From assembly GCA_038087875.1 (NCBI GenBank), contig CM075990.1, positions 7,440,001 to 7,504,000 on the forward strand: a stretch of DNA of 64,000 nucleotides. Reading direction: 5' to 3'. Shown here one piece after another: positions 1 to 13,221 of this stretch; position 1 is the stretch's first letter, and each line of letters starts with the position of its first letter. The DNA is from Malacoraja senta (taxonomy: Eukaryota). The position numbers and the translations under genes are program-made. Below the pieces are notes generated by a model, which was not told the DNA's origin, did not search any database, and worked only from the letters and a program-made list of their open reading frames with translations.

Positions 1-99
1 CTTCTTATCCAGTCCCTCGGGTTCATTGATAACCCACTTCAGTTCTGTGGTTTCTATGGCGACGAAGGCCTGGAAACTTTGCTACTGATGGGATAGGCG

Positions 100-1200
100 A
101 TTGATAAAGAAGCTGGGTGGGTAGTGTTGGAAGTGGCAGTTTCCTGCCACTTTGAATGGACTTCGTAGTGCTTAATGCAAAGCTGGAATTTTATAACCCT
201 GGATGGGTTACTGGCCAAGGATTCCCATGAATTGGGAAGGGCGCTAAGTTTTGTCATGGAAGCTTTGAACTCCAAGCCTTTCCAATGTCTACCTGGTAAT
301 CTCTGGCCCTGATGGAGCTTCAATGTACTCCATTTCAAAGAGTTTAGTATTGGGTCTATAAATGATATATGTCACAATGCCCATCAAAGTAGGCTAAGCC
401 AACTTGATGAAGAGGATGCTGCCCTGGGGAGATGACTTTGGCAGGGCAAGCAAGCTATTGTCAATGGATTTGGAGGACTTTGCAAAGACAGCATTGGTGG
501 TAGCAATCCAGTGCTTTGAGGCCCCCACAGCAGGCAGTCCATGCACGGGCAAATGGGCACGCCTAGTAAACTGTTTAAGAAGGAACTGCAGATGCTGGAA
601 AATTGAAGGTAGGCAAAAATGCTGGAGAAACTCAGCGGGTGAGGCAGCATCTATGGAGCAAAGGGAATAGGCAACGTTTTGGGTCAAAACCCTAGAAGGG
701 TTTCGACCCAAAACGTTGCCTATTTCCTTTGATAGGCATAAGGCAACGTTGCCTATTTCCTTTGCTCCATAGATGCTGCCTCACCTGCTGAGTTTCTCCA
801 GCATTTTCGTCAACCATCACTAGTAAACTATCAGCTTTAGGCTGGTTTGAGGTCTTGATCTTCAAACCCACTTTCGTTCAGGCTGCTAAAGGCTGGGGCA
901 TTGAAGATGGTGAAGAGTTTGTCATCTGGGAGGCGATGTCCAAGATATGGAAAGTGATTCACACTTTCCATGGTCTTGTGCATCTTTATTAGAGTTTAGT
1001 GTGGCGGAGATTGATTGCTGGAGGACTTTAGTTTGGACGTTTAATGCAAAGATCTTTCTCTTAAACATGTCACTGAATGAGTTTACTTAAACATATGATT
1101 GAATGGGTTGTGCAGGTTTTTAATAATTCACTGCAGCTCAATAACTGAGATTGACATGATCTTGATTCTGCAGAGATCACGGATGTTAATCAAATTTCCC
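100..1200 (-). mobile_element. Degraded RTE-clade LINE, C-terminal region
   Basis: Minus-strand remnants such as FPYLG, LKASM and WESLA..R resemble RTE ORF C-termini. Many stops and frameshifts. Confidence 0.45.
573..819. mobile_element. Fold-back Penelope-like terminal-repeat insertion
   Basis: Inverted arms around 671-720. TSD CTAGTAAACT at 563-572 and 820-829. Confidence 0.75.
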
Positions 1201-2269
1201 ACGCGGTCAAAGAGAGAACATATAAACTCTGTACAGCCAGAACCCGTAGTCGGGATAGAACTCTGATTAGTTCCACTCCAGTGGGAGATTCTTTAGATGC
1301 TTAGTGTACTTTCAGTGAGGATTGAAAAGGGGGTTAGTGTTGACAATAGACAATATATACAATAGACAATAGGTGCAGGAGTAGGCCATTCTGCCCTTCG
1401 AGCCAGCACCACCATTCAATGTGATCATGGCTAATCATTAACGTGGACCTATTGGCTAAAATCAAAATGTGCACACCTTTTTCTTAGCGGACGTAGAATG
1501 GAGATGAATTCCTGAAGACAACCAACATATTTGTCCTAATTGGTTCTAGAACTAATTAAGGAACTGACTATATTAGATTTAGTATTGAGTAATGATCCAG
1601 CCTAATTGTGTGTGAATATTTGTCTAATATTGGTTGAAGTATTGAGTTTGAAAGGGAGAAATGGTCATGTGGTCATAAAGCACAGAAACAGGCCCTCAGC
1701 CTAACTCCTACACACCAACCAAGATGTCCACCAATGGAGGTCCTATTTGTCCACAACTGATACAAACTATCCCCATGATTTTGAAGATAGACACAAAGTG
1801 CTGGAGCAACTCAGTGGGTCAGACAGTATTTCTGGAATAAAAGGATAGGTGATGTTTCAAGTCAGGCCCTTCTTCAGACTTCAAGATTCGGGCATGGCCG
1901 AGGGTATTAATGGGTAAGGTACTGTACAGCAGTGAGATATCTTATAAAATTACTCTGTATGATAGTTTGCGCTCCTTAGAACTTCAAGAAGACATCTGAT
2001 AATGTGTCTCTCAAGTGCTGAATCTCATTGAATCAGAAAGAGTTTTGACCAGGTTAGAATGGTAGGGATACCGAGCCAGCAGAGTGTAGGGTTCACAAAG
2101 ACCTGTGCTAGGTCTGCTGCTGCCACACGATTCATAAATTAACTAAACGATTTCGGAGAAAATAAAGTACAGATTCTGCATTTGCCGACAACACAGATAA
2201 AGGCAACAATGGAAGCAGTGCAAATGCACACATTAAGTTAGAGATATTAGCCATGTTGGAGAAAGTTAA

Positions 2270-2566
2270 TGGGGCGGCATGCTGGCGCAGTGGTAGAGTT
2301 GCTGCCTAACAGCGCTGGAGACCCGGGTTCAATCCTCACTGCGGATGCTCTCTGTATGGAGTTTGTAGGTTCTCTCTGTGACCCCGTGGGTTTTCTCTGG
2401 GTGCTCCGGTTACCAAAAGACGTAGAGGTTTGAAAGTCAGTTGGCTTTGGTAAAAAATTGAAAATTGTCCCTTGCGTGTAGGATAGTGAAAGTGTACAGG
2501 GCTCGCTGGTCGGCATGGACTTGGTGGGCTGAAGGGCCTGTTTCTACGCTGTATCTCTAAACTAAA
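2270..2566 (+). mobile_element. tRNA-derived V-SINE (HE1-like)
   Basis: A box TGGCGCAGTGG, B box GGTTCAATCC, central domain, CR1-type tail ending TCTAAACTAAA. Confidence 0.85.
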
Positions 2567-2619
2567 TTGGGCAGAAGTGTGGCAGCCTGACAGTATCAAC
2601 ATCAGGCATGTTAACATGA

Positions 2620-2800
2620 TGTAGAATTGCAGATGCTGGTTAATACACAAGTGCTGGAGTAACTCAGCAGGTCAGACAGCATCTCTGGAGAACATGGATA
2701 GGTAACATTACGGGTCGAGACCCTTCAGAAGTAGGCTCTGACCTGAAACGTCACCTATTCTCCAGCCATGCAGCCTGACCTGCTGAGTTACTCCAGCACT
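2620..2800. mobile_element. Fold-back Penelope-like terminal repeat
   Basis: GTGCTGGAGTAACTCAGCAGGTCAG ... CTGACCTGCTGAGTTACTCCAGCAC inverted arms around degenerate hammerhead motifs. Confidence 0.7.
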
Positions 2801-3899
2801 TCATGTCCATAACATTAGGTAGCAGCCATTCCTGCAATTGTGGACCCAAAAATGGTTGGATGGAGTAGAGTCTTGGAGTGATACACTGTGGAAACAGGCC
2901 CTTCGGCCACACTGGCCAACATGTCCCAGCTACACTAGTCCTACCTGCCCGTGTTTGGCCCATATCCAGACAAACCTGTCCCATCCGTGTACCTGTCTAA
3001 CTGTCTCTTAAACGTTGGGATAGTCTCTGCCTGAACTACATCCTCCGGCAGCTTTCTAAGTGGCAACCATCTAGGCTCAGAGAACGTCCAAAGTAACTTG
3101 CACATGGATCAATAAAATCTCATAAAAGGACAGAAAATAATTATAAAGGTTAATGGAATAGTGAGCGTTACTGTGCGAAGACTGCATTGGAAGGACAAGG
3201 ATGTGCTAAAACTACAGAGAGATAGTTGCAATATAAATGGGAAACTGAGCAGTTCTGGGCACCACATCTAAGGAAGAATAGTTTGATCACAACACAGATT
3301 TCATAGAATGCTATCTGGAACATAATGGTTGAACTATGAAGAGATATTATGCAAGGCAGAATTTAATATAGGATTTGGATGCTCAAGGGGTGATTTACAG
3401 CTTTTAGGATATTACGGAGAGATGGGTTTCACTGTATCTCGGTACACGTGACAATATACTAAACTCAACTAAACTCATAAACTAAGCTCAGATGGAGTGA
3501 AATTAGTTCTAATGAGGTCAAGGATGAGCGGACATGGTCTAACAATGAGCCAGACCCTTCATTGAAATGTAAACTCTCCTTCTCCCCCCACAGATGCTGC
3601 CTGACCTGCTAAGTGTTACCAGCACTACCAGATTCTACATGAGTCATAAGTGGCAGATACTGGAAATCAAAAATAAATACAGAAAATCAAGGAAACAATC
3701 GTCAAGCCTGGCAGGGTTGGCGGAGAGAGTCCTGCCGTGAGCTGCTCCACCATCAGTTCACAGCTACAGTCTTACCTTGAGGTGGGAGGGCATCAGACCT
3801 CAGAGCACAGATCCTGGGGCCATGCATTAAACCATAGCCCCTATTGCAGTCACTGGGAGAACATGCAAACTCCATGCAAGACAGCATCCAAGGTCGAGA

Positions 3900-5127
3900 A
3901 TACAAAGAACACACTTGAACAAAGCTAAAGTATTAGGGGGCTTAGCACTCCCTAACTTCATGTATTATTATTGGTCAGTAAATATTAAAAATATGATCCA
4001 ACTGATGGACAACTCTGCTCAGCAAGTGGGCTGGATTGGGCTCCTCTCACCAATGAAACTGAATAACATAAATTATAACAAAAACCCAATTATACATAGT
4101 ACAATCAGAACTTGGAAACAAATAAAACAAAATTAAAAATTAAGAAATCTATCGCTTTTATCTCCAATAGTTAATAACCCTTCGTTTAATCCCTCTATTA
4201 CAGACAAATCTTTTATACAATGGGATAGACTAGGAATTAAAACGTTCGGTGATTTGTATGAAACTGGAAAATTACTATCATTCCAACAACTACAAATAAA
4301 ATATAAACTGGGAAATAATTAATATTTTAAATATTTTCAAATATGTGACTATTTGAAAAAATATACAAAAGATCATTATAATATCCCAGCAGATGTATTG
4401 GATGAAGCAATGCAGATAAAAGCTGAATCAGCAAACTTAATATCATATTTGTATAATGTTATCTTAAATGTAAAAATACCATCTATGGAAGGTATTAGAA
4501 CAGACTGGGAACAAGAATTAGCTATTAAAATCTCAAAAGAAAGTTGGAATGAACATTTATTAAATGTGCATAAATGTTCGATTAATGTAAGACACACTTT
4601 AATACAATTTAAAGTTTTACATAGATTATATTATTCAAAAACTAAAGTTAATAAAATTTTCCCAAATGTATCATCCATTTGTGATAAATGTCAATCTCAA
4701 GAAGCTACACTCATTTGTTTTTTGTACAAAAATTCAAAAATTTGGGATTGAAATTTTTGAAATCTTTACAAAATTATTTAAAATAAAACTGATAACAAAA
4801 GCAGAATGGATTATCTTCGGAACAACGGAAGATAGTCCTGAACTAAATGTGTTTCATAGAATTATTACAAGTATAGGGTGCAAAAATACTTAAAAAAAAA
4901 AAAACTGAGGTCAAGTAAAGGGGGATGAAAGCTGGAGAGTTGGTATATCCCATTTGCGTGATGCGTATAACAAAGTATTTGTTTTTCTCTTTTTCCCCTT
5001 TTTCTTTTTTCTTCTTCTTTAGGGTCTATCTCTTAATCCTTTCTTTTTAATTTCTTTCTTACAGGGTCTTTGTTCTTTCTTGTTGTCACGTTTTTACACC
5101 TTCACTGTTTTCCTTCACTTTCTCTTG
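3900..5127 (+). mobile_element. 5'-truncated L1-clade LINE (ORF2 C-terminus and T-rich 3' UTR)
   Basis: GGLALPNFMYYYW...WEQEL...LIQFKVLHRLYYSK...ICDKC, typical of the post-RT Cys-rich region of fish L1 ORF2. A-rich coding strand with frameshifts. Confidence 0.8.
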
Positions 5128-6339
5128 TACCCAGCTCACAAGTACTAAGAATCTTCAGCTGCACCTCTCTGCTGGCTCCCTTATTTGATTTAGATTAATT
5201 TAAAATATTCATAAAAATTAAAACCTAGTGAGTCCACTTCCCTTGTCCACCCAGTGCCCAGGTCCCCATTCGGATGAACGAGGAGGCATAGATCACACTT
5301 CTGCCCCCTTGGTCTCAGCACTGTCCCACTCCAGAGTGGTACATCGGAAGCAACGAGTGAGTTTAGGTGTTTACTTCAGAACCACCGTTTGAAAAGGAAA
5401 CTCCATCAAGCCAATGTTTTTCAGATCGATAACCTTTCATAAAAAGTTAGTGATGAAATGGATTTTCTGTAACTAGAGATGTCGACTGAATCTCCGAATG
5501 ATTTCAAAAACTGACGAGAAAATATGGAAATGGGAGGGTGGTGATGATGATCTGAAAATGTTGAACTTGATGTTGAATGTGGACATCTGTGATAGACCTC
5601 ATCATCTAATGAAGAGCTTTTCCTTGAGAAAGCATGGAGAATGTAAGGGATTGAGGCTCTGTGGAATATTCTCTATGCCATAGATCCATGGATCTAAAGA
5701 TGAAGGTATAAACTTGTAGGCAACTGGGATCTCACTGACATGGTTCTGCAGATGGTGAAAGATTCTGCAAGGTGAATGCCCAATTTGGAAAGAGCTTATT
5801 GAAAGCAATACAAGTGCTTCATCAGGAAAGACATGCCTGGCAAGAGTTGAGGACGGGACAACCACTCTTTTAATTGGCTGATATTTTTGAGACCGTATCA
5901 GCTCTTTCACCTGGTGTAGGAATCAGAAGTACCTCTGCAACTCCAAGTTGATACGGACTCCTGGCCACGAAGGCCCAATCTGAATGTCTGGCAGACTTGG
6001 TCACTGCTGTCACTTCCAGCATTGGACTCACCATGGAGTTTAGTAATGTGGCACAAACTTCCTAGGGCTTCCTAAAAATTATCCAGGGAAACTTTAACAA
6101 GATGTTTATTTTTTATATACCTTTTGTATAATTTTGAGTTGTTAAGAGGTTGACAACTTTGTGGTTCCCAACATTTCAGTGGAGTTTGCAATCAGGAAGT
6201 TCCTGTATTGAGCTTTTTGGGACACGGTTACCATTGGGAGATTCCATCAGGTTTCAATGGATTCGTGGGTGAGGAACTTCAAGGCCAATACATGTTGACA
6301 CAGTTACCATTTCCATCTAGTTCTGAGCCACTGGATTGA

Positions 6340-6625
6340 CAGTGGTGCAGCTGGTAGAGTTGCTGTATCTCAATGCAAGAGATTCTGGTTCGATCCTAAC
6401 CTTGGGTTCTGTCGGTTTGGGTTCTCCTTGTGACCGCACGGGCTTTCAGGTTTTCTCCCACATCCAACAGACGTGCGGGTTTGTAGGTTAATTAGCCTTT
6501 ATAAATTGTACTGTGTACTGTGTGTGTGTGTGTGGGGAGCGTTGGAGAAAGTGGGATAACATAGAACTACTGACTAAGGATGATCGATGGTCGGCATGGA
6601 CTTGCAGGGCCGAAGGGCCTGTTTT
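6340..6625 (+). mobile_element. HE1-like V-SINE
   Basis: GGTGCAGCTGGTAGAGTTGCTG head, GGTTCGATCC B box, GGGCCGAAGGGCCTGTTT tail. Confidence 0.75.
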
Positions 6626-7862
6626 CTTCCTGCATCCTTCAATTAATATTAGTGATCGGGACTTTGATATATACTGTAACTCACCCTGGATAAATTCCTT
6701 CATAACTCACTTGTTATCTGATTTTCTAATTTAAATCCCACGCAATTAGATTTCAATCTGTAATTCCATAAGCAAACAACTGGGATATTTTCAATTAGAT
6801 TCTAGTATTTAACAAATTTCCAGTTACCTATTGTACTGCATATAAACGCAACGATCCTCTCAACTACATCCAGCCTGGAACTCGCTGCTGAGGTTTTGAT
6901 ATTCGTATGAATGTTGAGCTCAATGGCCTGTTTCTGTGCCGTATAACTCTACAGTGATAGGAAACACACTGAACCCGAAATTAAATTACAATCTGTTACT
7001 CACTTATCCCACAATGCCTTCAATCATATTCCACTTTCTACCTCACTCCTAGATATCTGGCATTTTAAATTTGAGTCCTTTGAACGCCTTGTTACAAAGA
7101 AGCCCAAATCATTCTCCCAACCCTCTTTATTCTGTCGTCTGTGTGGCATTTGAGCCAACGTAGATTCAATTGGCCAGTGGCCTCTTTGTATAGCTTGAGC
7201 AAATGTACGCATCCTCATCCCATCTGTACAAACTCCAGTATAAGCCCATTAGTTCCATTGCCCCATTTATTTCCCTCTAATTAATCTCTCCGATGCCCAT
7301 TAACTTCCGCCTCATTCTTCTACCACCCACCCACATCAGCTAATTTATATAACATGAACCAACCAGAAGAAAACTGCAGCACCTGGGGGGAAGGGAAACC
7401 CTTGCGGTAAATGGAGAAGAATGAGAGAATTCAATCTATTAAACCGACCTTTTTGCACTGCCCTGCTCCGCCACCCACTCATCTCCTCAGTTCCAAACCT
7501 CGTGATTTATTTGCAGCCTGCAATTCACTCCTGGCTGCCTGTTTAAGTGTAAACATTGAACCCCAAGATTAGGTTCCAGCCTTCAATCCACTCCTGAGTT
7601 TCTCTTATTCTTTATTCTGTATATAAACCCTCAAACCCTTTGATTAGATTCCAACCTGTGACTCATGTTTGGACAACTGTTACTTACTCATGCATCATGA
7701 CCCCCTTGATTAGATTCTGATTGAATGGTTCATTGGTACTTTATTGTTGCATGCACTTAAGTGCAGTGAAATTCCTTTGCATACAGTTCTGTAAAAGTCT
7801 TGCAATACATAGGCACATCACACCCAAGTACAAGAGTTGACCTCACTCACAGTTATCTGTAA

Positions 7863-8222
7863 AGGGCCTGTCCCACTTTCCCGAGTTATTCACGAATTCT
7901 CCCGAGTTTTCCCCTTGATTCAAACTCGCAGAATGTTCGTAACGAGTCTGTAGGAGTCCGTAGATATATCGTGGTGGCTCGTTATGTCAGTTGTAGGTAC
8001 TCGGGGCATCAGGTAAGTCGGGACGTTTTTTCCAGCATGACAAAAAATGTCCACGAGTAAAAAAATAGTCGGGAGGATGCCCCGAGTGCCTACGGCTGAC
8101 ATAATGAGCCACTACGATATATCTACGGACTCCTACGGACCCGTTACGAACATTCTGCGAGTTTGAATCAGGGGAAAACGCGGGAGAATCCGTGTATAAT
8201 TCGGGAAAGTGGGACAGGCCGT
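7863..8222. mobile_element. PIF/Harbinger-like MITE with long inverted arms
   Basis: Termini AGGGCCTGTCCCAC / GTGGGACAGGCCGT, roughly 145-bp inverted arms, TAA on both flanks (7860-7862, 8223-8225). Confidence 0.85.
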
Positions 8223-9046
8223 TAACTCTATATAGAAACTAACAGAAACCCCTGATCAGATTCCATTGTGTCACTAGTTCCAGGTATTTCATCCTCTGAA
8301 CCTCACCTACCAGCCCCTCCACCACAAAACCCCGCAAGAACCAGCCAGTTGTGTGTTACTTTATTTAACAAACCTCTGACTCCCATTCCCACCAGAGTCT
8401 CCCCAGCCCCCTGCACCAAATCAAACACCTTTATTGCATTAGAAACAAAGAACTGCAGATGCTGATTAATACGCAAAAGGAGACTGTGCTGAAGTAACTC
8501 AGATGGCCAGGCAGTGTCTCTGGAGAACATGGATCAGTCATGCTTCTGGTTGTGATCCTTCTTCAGACTGATGGGTCTTGACCTATCCAAGTTTTCAAGA
8601 GATGCTGCCTGCATGACCTGCTGAATTACTCCAGCACTTTGTGACCTCAAGTACATTTTAACCTTTGAACCATTTTTGGATTTCTGTGTTGTCTGTAACC
8701 TTGTGGTCGTTGAAGGTGAATCATCTAAATCCCAGGCATCATTGCACAAGTTCCTCGGAGCAAGTTCCTCAAGCACCCCACCATCTCCAGTTGCTTCCTC
8801 AAAGACAAACCTTCAATGTTAAGGTAGGGTATTTTCTGATGTACAATGTCCAGGTACACCTGTAGCACCCCTGTGCATGCAGCAGTCCCTGCACAAGTGC
8901 AGGGACCTGGTTTGGGATGTGAAGTAGCAGATGAATTCCAGGCATTGTCACATCCAGCAAGAAAGTTTAAACGCCCCACCCCCTCCCCAGGTCTTTCTAT
9001 AGCGTTACATTACCAGTAACAAGTTCCTGCCCAGCAGTATGGAGTC

Positions 9047-9113
<67 letters not shown>

Positions 9114-9530
9114 TTATTGGCCAAGTATTCACATACAAGGAATTTGCCTTGGTGCTCCGCCCACAAGTGACAACATGACACACAGTGACAGTTACTAATG
9201 ACTCAGAAAACACTAAACATTAATAATAATAAAACATTAATGATAAAACACCATTGATCAAGCATGTGAACCAACAAAATACCAGATCAAAGGGAGGCTA
9301 CAGATTTTTGGCTGTTGAGTAGAGCAACTACTCGTGGATAAAAACTGTTTTTATGTCTGGCTGTGGCAGCTTTGACAGTCCGGAGTCGCCTTCCAGAGGG
9401 AAGTGATTCAAAGAGTTTGTGGCCAGGGTGAGAGAAGATCTTGCCCGCTCGCTTCCTGGCCCTTGCAGTGTACAGTTCATCAATGGAGGGAAGGTTGCAG
9501 CCAATAACCTTCTCTGCTGATCGGACGATG
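9047..9530 (-). mobile_element. Rex1/Babar LINE 3' end with (TTAC)n tail
   Basis: VRSAEKVIG..LPSIDELY...SHPGHKLFESLPSGRR...KNSFYP..VALLN. AATAAA is followed by (TTAC)n at 9047-9112. Confidence 0.85.
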
Positions 9531-9944
9531 CTGTGGTGGGGTAATTGCCTGGAAACTGGATTGGCCCAGCTATATGAATGGTGTGGTTGCAAGAGGTTGA
9601 GCATCCTGTGATGTGACTCACCACCAACACACCAAACCATTCCACCATCCTCAAGACGCAAGTCAGCACTGTGATGAATAGTCTCCACTTGCCCGAATGA
9701 GTGCGGCTCCAACTGCGCTCAAAGTTTGACGCCAGCTCGGGTAAACTACTTGGCGGGCACACCATTCACCATGCTAAACCCTCCCTCCCACCACCATATG
9801 GCACACTATAACCTCAGGGTGCCCCATAGAAGTCACTGCCACAACTCAGTGATATCGTCTCCAAAAGTTGCTGCCCTCTTACATGGAAGGACCAGGGCAG
9901 CGAGCACAGGGAGACAGCTCACACTAATTTCCCTTACACCATCC

Positions 9945-10455
9945 AGGGTAGCACAATGGTAGAGCTGCTGCCTCAGAGGGCCACAAAACCCTGGTTCGAT
10001 CCTGACTTCGGGTCCTAGTTGTGTGGAGTTAGGTTCCAACCTGTGACTCTTTTCTGGACATCTGTCATTTATGCATATCTCATGAACCCCTTGATTAAGT
10101 TCTGATTTAGACTCACCCGCAGGCATCTGTAACTCTATACCCAAATTAATAGAAGCTCTTGACCAGATTCTGATTTGTGACTAGTTCCAGGTACCTATTA
10201 TTCTATACACCTCCTCCATCAACTCTTCCACCACAAAACCCCACAGAGACCATGTGGGTTTTCTCCAGGTGCTCCAGTTTCCACCCACATCCCAAAGACA
10301 TGCCGGTTTGTTGCTTAATTTCCCTCTGTAAATTGTATCTAATGTGTAGGGAGTGGATGAGAAAGTAGGATGATGTCGAACCAGTGTAAATGGGTGATCA
10401 ATAGTCAGCACAGACTGGGTGGGCCGATGAGCCCATTTCCATGCTGTATCCCTAA
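9945..10455 (+). mobile_element. HE1-like V-SINE split by about 220 bp of the local tandem array
   Basis: SINE head 9945-10029 and SINE body/tail 10247-10455 flank three array units. Confidence 0.65.
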
Positions 10456-11559
10456 TCTCGCCCATCCTGATTTGGAAATATGCCTGTAGGATCTTGGCTC
10501 CCATCACCGGATACAGGAGCCAAGATCGCCCCGAGGCCCCTGACCGCAGGAGAACAAAGAAGGGAGGAGATTGAACTTTTTTTCGCCTTCCATCACAGTG
10601 AGGAATGTGGGGGAGTCACTGTGGTGGATGTTTATGTTAAAATGTATTTTGTGTGTCCTGTTGCTTTTTATTGGTATGACTGTATGGTAAATCAAATTCC
10701 TCGTATGTTGCAAAACACACTTGGCTAATAAAGTATGATTATGGTTATGAGGATCTAGTTCCTGGAACTCCCTGGCAAATGACCTTCACCACAAACACTC
10801 TGGTGGCTCAAGATGATGAATTGCCCCTTACTTAGCAAGGACAAATAAAGGCGGACAACTGATATCCTCTGCCAATGGGATATACATCATGTTAACGTTG
10901 AAGTTAATATAAATTTACCCTATCTCCTCAATAAATTCCAGGCTGTATCTCAATCCTGGACATCCTGTATCTCACACACAAACGAGCCCAGATTCTTGAT
11001 TTAGATTCCTGCCTGGCATTCACTGTATATAAACCTCAGAAATCTCAATATGCAGTCTGAAATCTAAGTCTGAAGAAGGGTCTCGAACCGAAACCTCACT
11101 ACAGTATTCCTCTGCCCCAGAGATGCTGCCTGACCCACCGAGTTACTCCCGCATTTCAAGAGCGTTTTATTGTCATATGGCCCAGATAGAACAATGACAT
11201 TCTAACTTGTCTATCTTCAATATGATGCCTTACTTTCGAATATCTGTGATGTTTAATGTATGGAGCCTTTAAATAGAGTTTTTAATGTGTAGAGCTTTTA
11301 ATGTCACAGTCCCATTGTTACAGTTCTATAATTCATTCCCGAGAATCTGCTATTTGAAATACAACCCCATCCCCCTCACGAGAAATACACCCGTGATAAC
11401 TCACTTCAGTGTATCTGATATTCTATACCTTGAACCAGAAGCCCTCGGTTGTATTCTTGCTTACAATGTTTTGCCGGACAAATCTAACCCCCTGAAGCCG
11501 TCCATTGGGCTCCAGCTTGTAACTCACTTTCTCGGTGAAGGTGCTGAATTATATGTGTG

Positions 11560-13221
11560 TATCTCAGAATATTCGTTGGGAGCTGAGCGATTGATAAGGA
11601 AGGAGACAGGGCGAGTGACCAGGCTGGCGTTGATCTGGTTCACACGGGCAGCGTTGATGACTGAGAGAGATCGTTCTCCGACATACCTTGGCTTCTTCCC
11701 TTTTTTCTTGTCCTCGACTCTGTGTGAGATTCGATGCGGATACCCAGCGTGGCCCCGGGACATTCCCAGTCTCACTCAGCGCTGCTTCTTCTACCAGGAG
11801 TGCAGAGGCAGGCAGGCAGGCAGGCAGGCAGCCCCCCTCTTCCACCTACCCCACCCCCCCATCCACCCTCTCGCCCATCACTTTATGAAAATGCATCTGG
11901 CTTGTAGATTAGCATCTCCTGGCTCACTGGGGAGAAATAAAAGCTGAAAGAATGGGCCTGGAGCTCCCGGGGGGAATTTGGGAAGAATCGTTTATTCATA
12001 TGCTGGGAGAACCTACCTCCATTTCTGCATTAGCTATTGGGAGGGGCGCAGGCATTTCTCCTTGGACTGGCATTTCTGCAGTTTGTTTTAATGATTTCTC
12101 CACGCTAAGCCGCCCGCTCCCCCAGCCGTTTTCTCCTCCTCCCCTCCTCTTTCTTTCTTTTTAATTTTTCCACCCCCCTCCCCTCCCCTCTCTCGCGGGC
12201 GGGGCGATGCTAGATTTCAACATGCAATGTCAGGCTGCTCTGGTGGAGCCGTTCCCTTCCCCGCATTCCTCCCTCCCTCCCATCAAGCCGATTGGTTTGT
12301 ATCCTTAAGTGCCGGGCCGGGGTTGGATGGCGACTTGAGAGTAGCAGGTGTATTCTGCTGCTCTGCTGCTACTGACGGGCCGGCCGGCAGCGGATGGTTG
12401 TGGGGTCCGGCTGGGGCTAGAGGAGAGGACAGGGAAATACGGCAGTAGCGGGTCCTGTGTGTGTGTGTGTGTGTAGATGTATGTATGTATGTATGTGTGT
12501 GTGTGAGTGAGTGAGTGTTTGGCTGCATCAGCGTGTGCTAGTGCCGAGAATCGCCGGGCACCTGGAGAAGCTCAGCCTCGAAGGTGNNNNNNNNNNNNNN
12601 NNNNNNNNNNNNNNNNNNNNNNNNNNNNNNNNNNNNNNNNNNNNNNNNNNNNNNNNNNNNNNNNNNNNNNNNNNNNNNNNNNNNNNNNNNNNNNNNNNNN
12701 NNNNNNNNNNNNNNNNNNNNNNNNNNNNNNNNNNNNNNNNNNNNNNNNNNNNNNNNNNNNNNNNNNNNNNNNNNNNNNNNNNNNNNNNNNNNNNNNNNNN
12801 NNNNNNNNNNNNNNNNNNNNNNNNNNNNNNNNNNNNNNNNNNNNNNNNNNNNNNNNNNNNNNNNNNNNNNNNNNNNNNNNNNNNNNNNNNNNNNNNNNNN
12901 NNNNNNNNNNNNNCCCGGTACCCAGCAACAGCAGCAAGACAGAAAGGGGGAAACAAGCGATGTGATGATGGAGCTGACTCAGCGCCTCGCCAGTATCGCC
13001 GTATGACTGTCCATTCCAGCATCGCCGGACCCTGCATCTGACGGGAGAGAGAGAGGGGGGGGGGGGGGGGGTGGCAGAGAGAGGGAGAGGGAGGGGGGGG
13101 GGAGGAGGATTTTTCTTCCAGATGCACTGGCCCCCGTGTGATTTTTCGGCCTCTCTGAACCCTGGACAAATGCGCTCCTGATGTCTGTGTGTAGGCTGGC
13201 GAGCTTGGCATTCTCTACAGG
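11560..13221 (+). promoter_or_regulatory. GC/CpG-rich NRG3 promoter and 5' region (interrupted by gap 12587-12913)
   Basis: Free of transposon sequence and CpG-enriched. GC box GGGCGGGG 12197-12204, reverse CCAAT (ATTGG) 12291-12295, AP-1/MARE-core palindrome GCTGACTCAGC 12973-12983. Lies immediately upstream of the NRG3 ATG. Confidence 0.6.

Larger units (their letters stand above)
6650..11520. repeat. Ancient degenerate tandem array (about 65-75 bp unit), interrupted by transposons
   Basis: The motif CCC(C/T)TTGATTAGATTCCAACCTGTGACTCA recurs at 7567, 7642, 7708, 8254, 10028, 10093, 10161 and 10998. Confidence 0.55.

Noticed and set aside
2270-2350. tRNA genes at A/B-box motifs
   Set aside because: All are heads of SINEs that continue into a SINE body and LINE-type tail.
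5500-6310. Possible very old minus-strand LINE RT remnant
   Set aside because: Only faint motif resemblance. Not classifiable without a search.
11285-11947. 220-aa ORF upstream of NRG3
   Set aside because: No recognisable homology. It runs from degenerate tandem repeat into promoter DNA.
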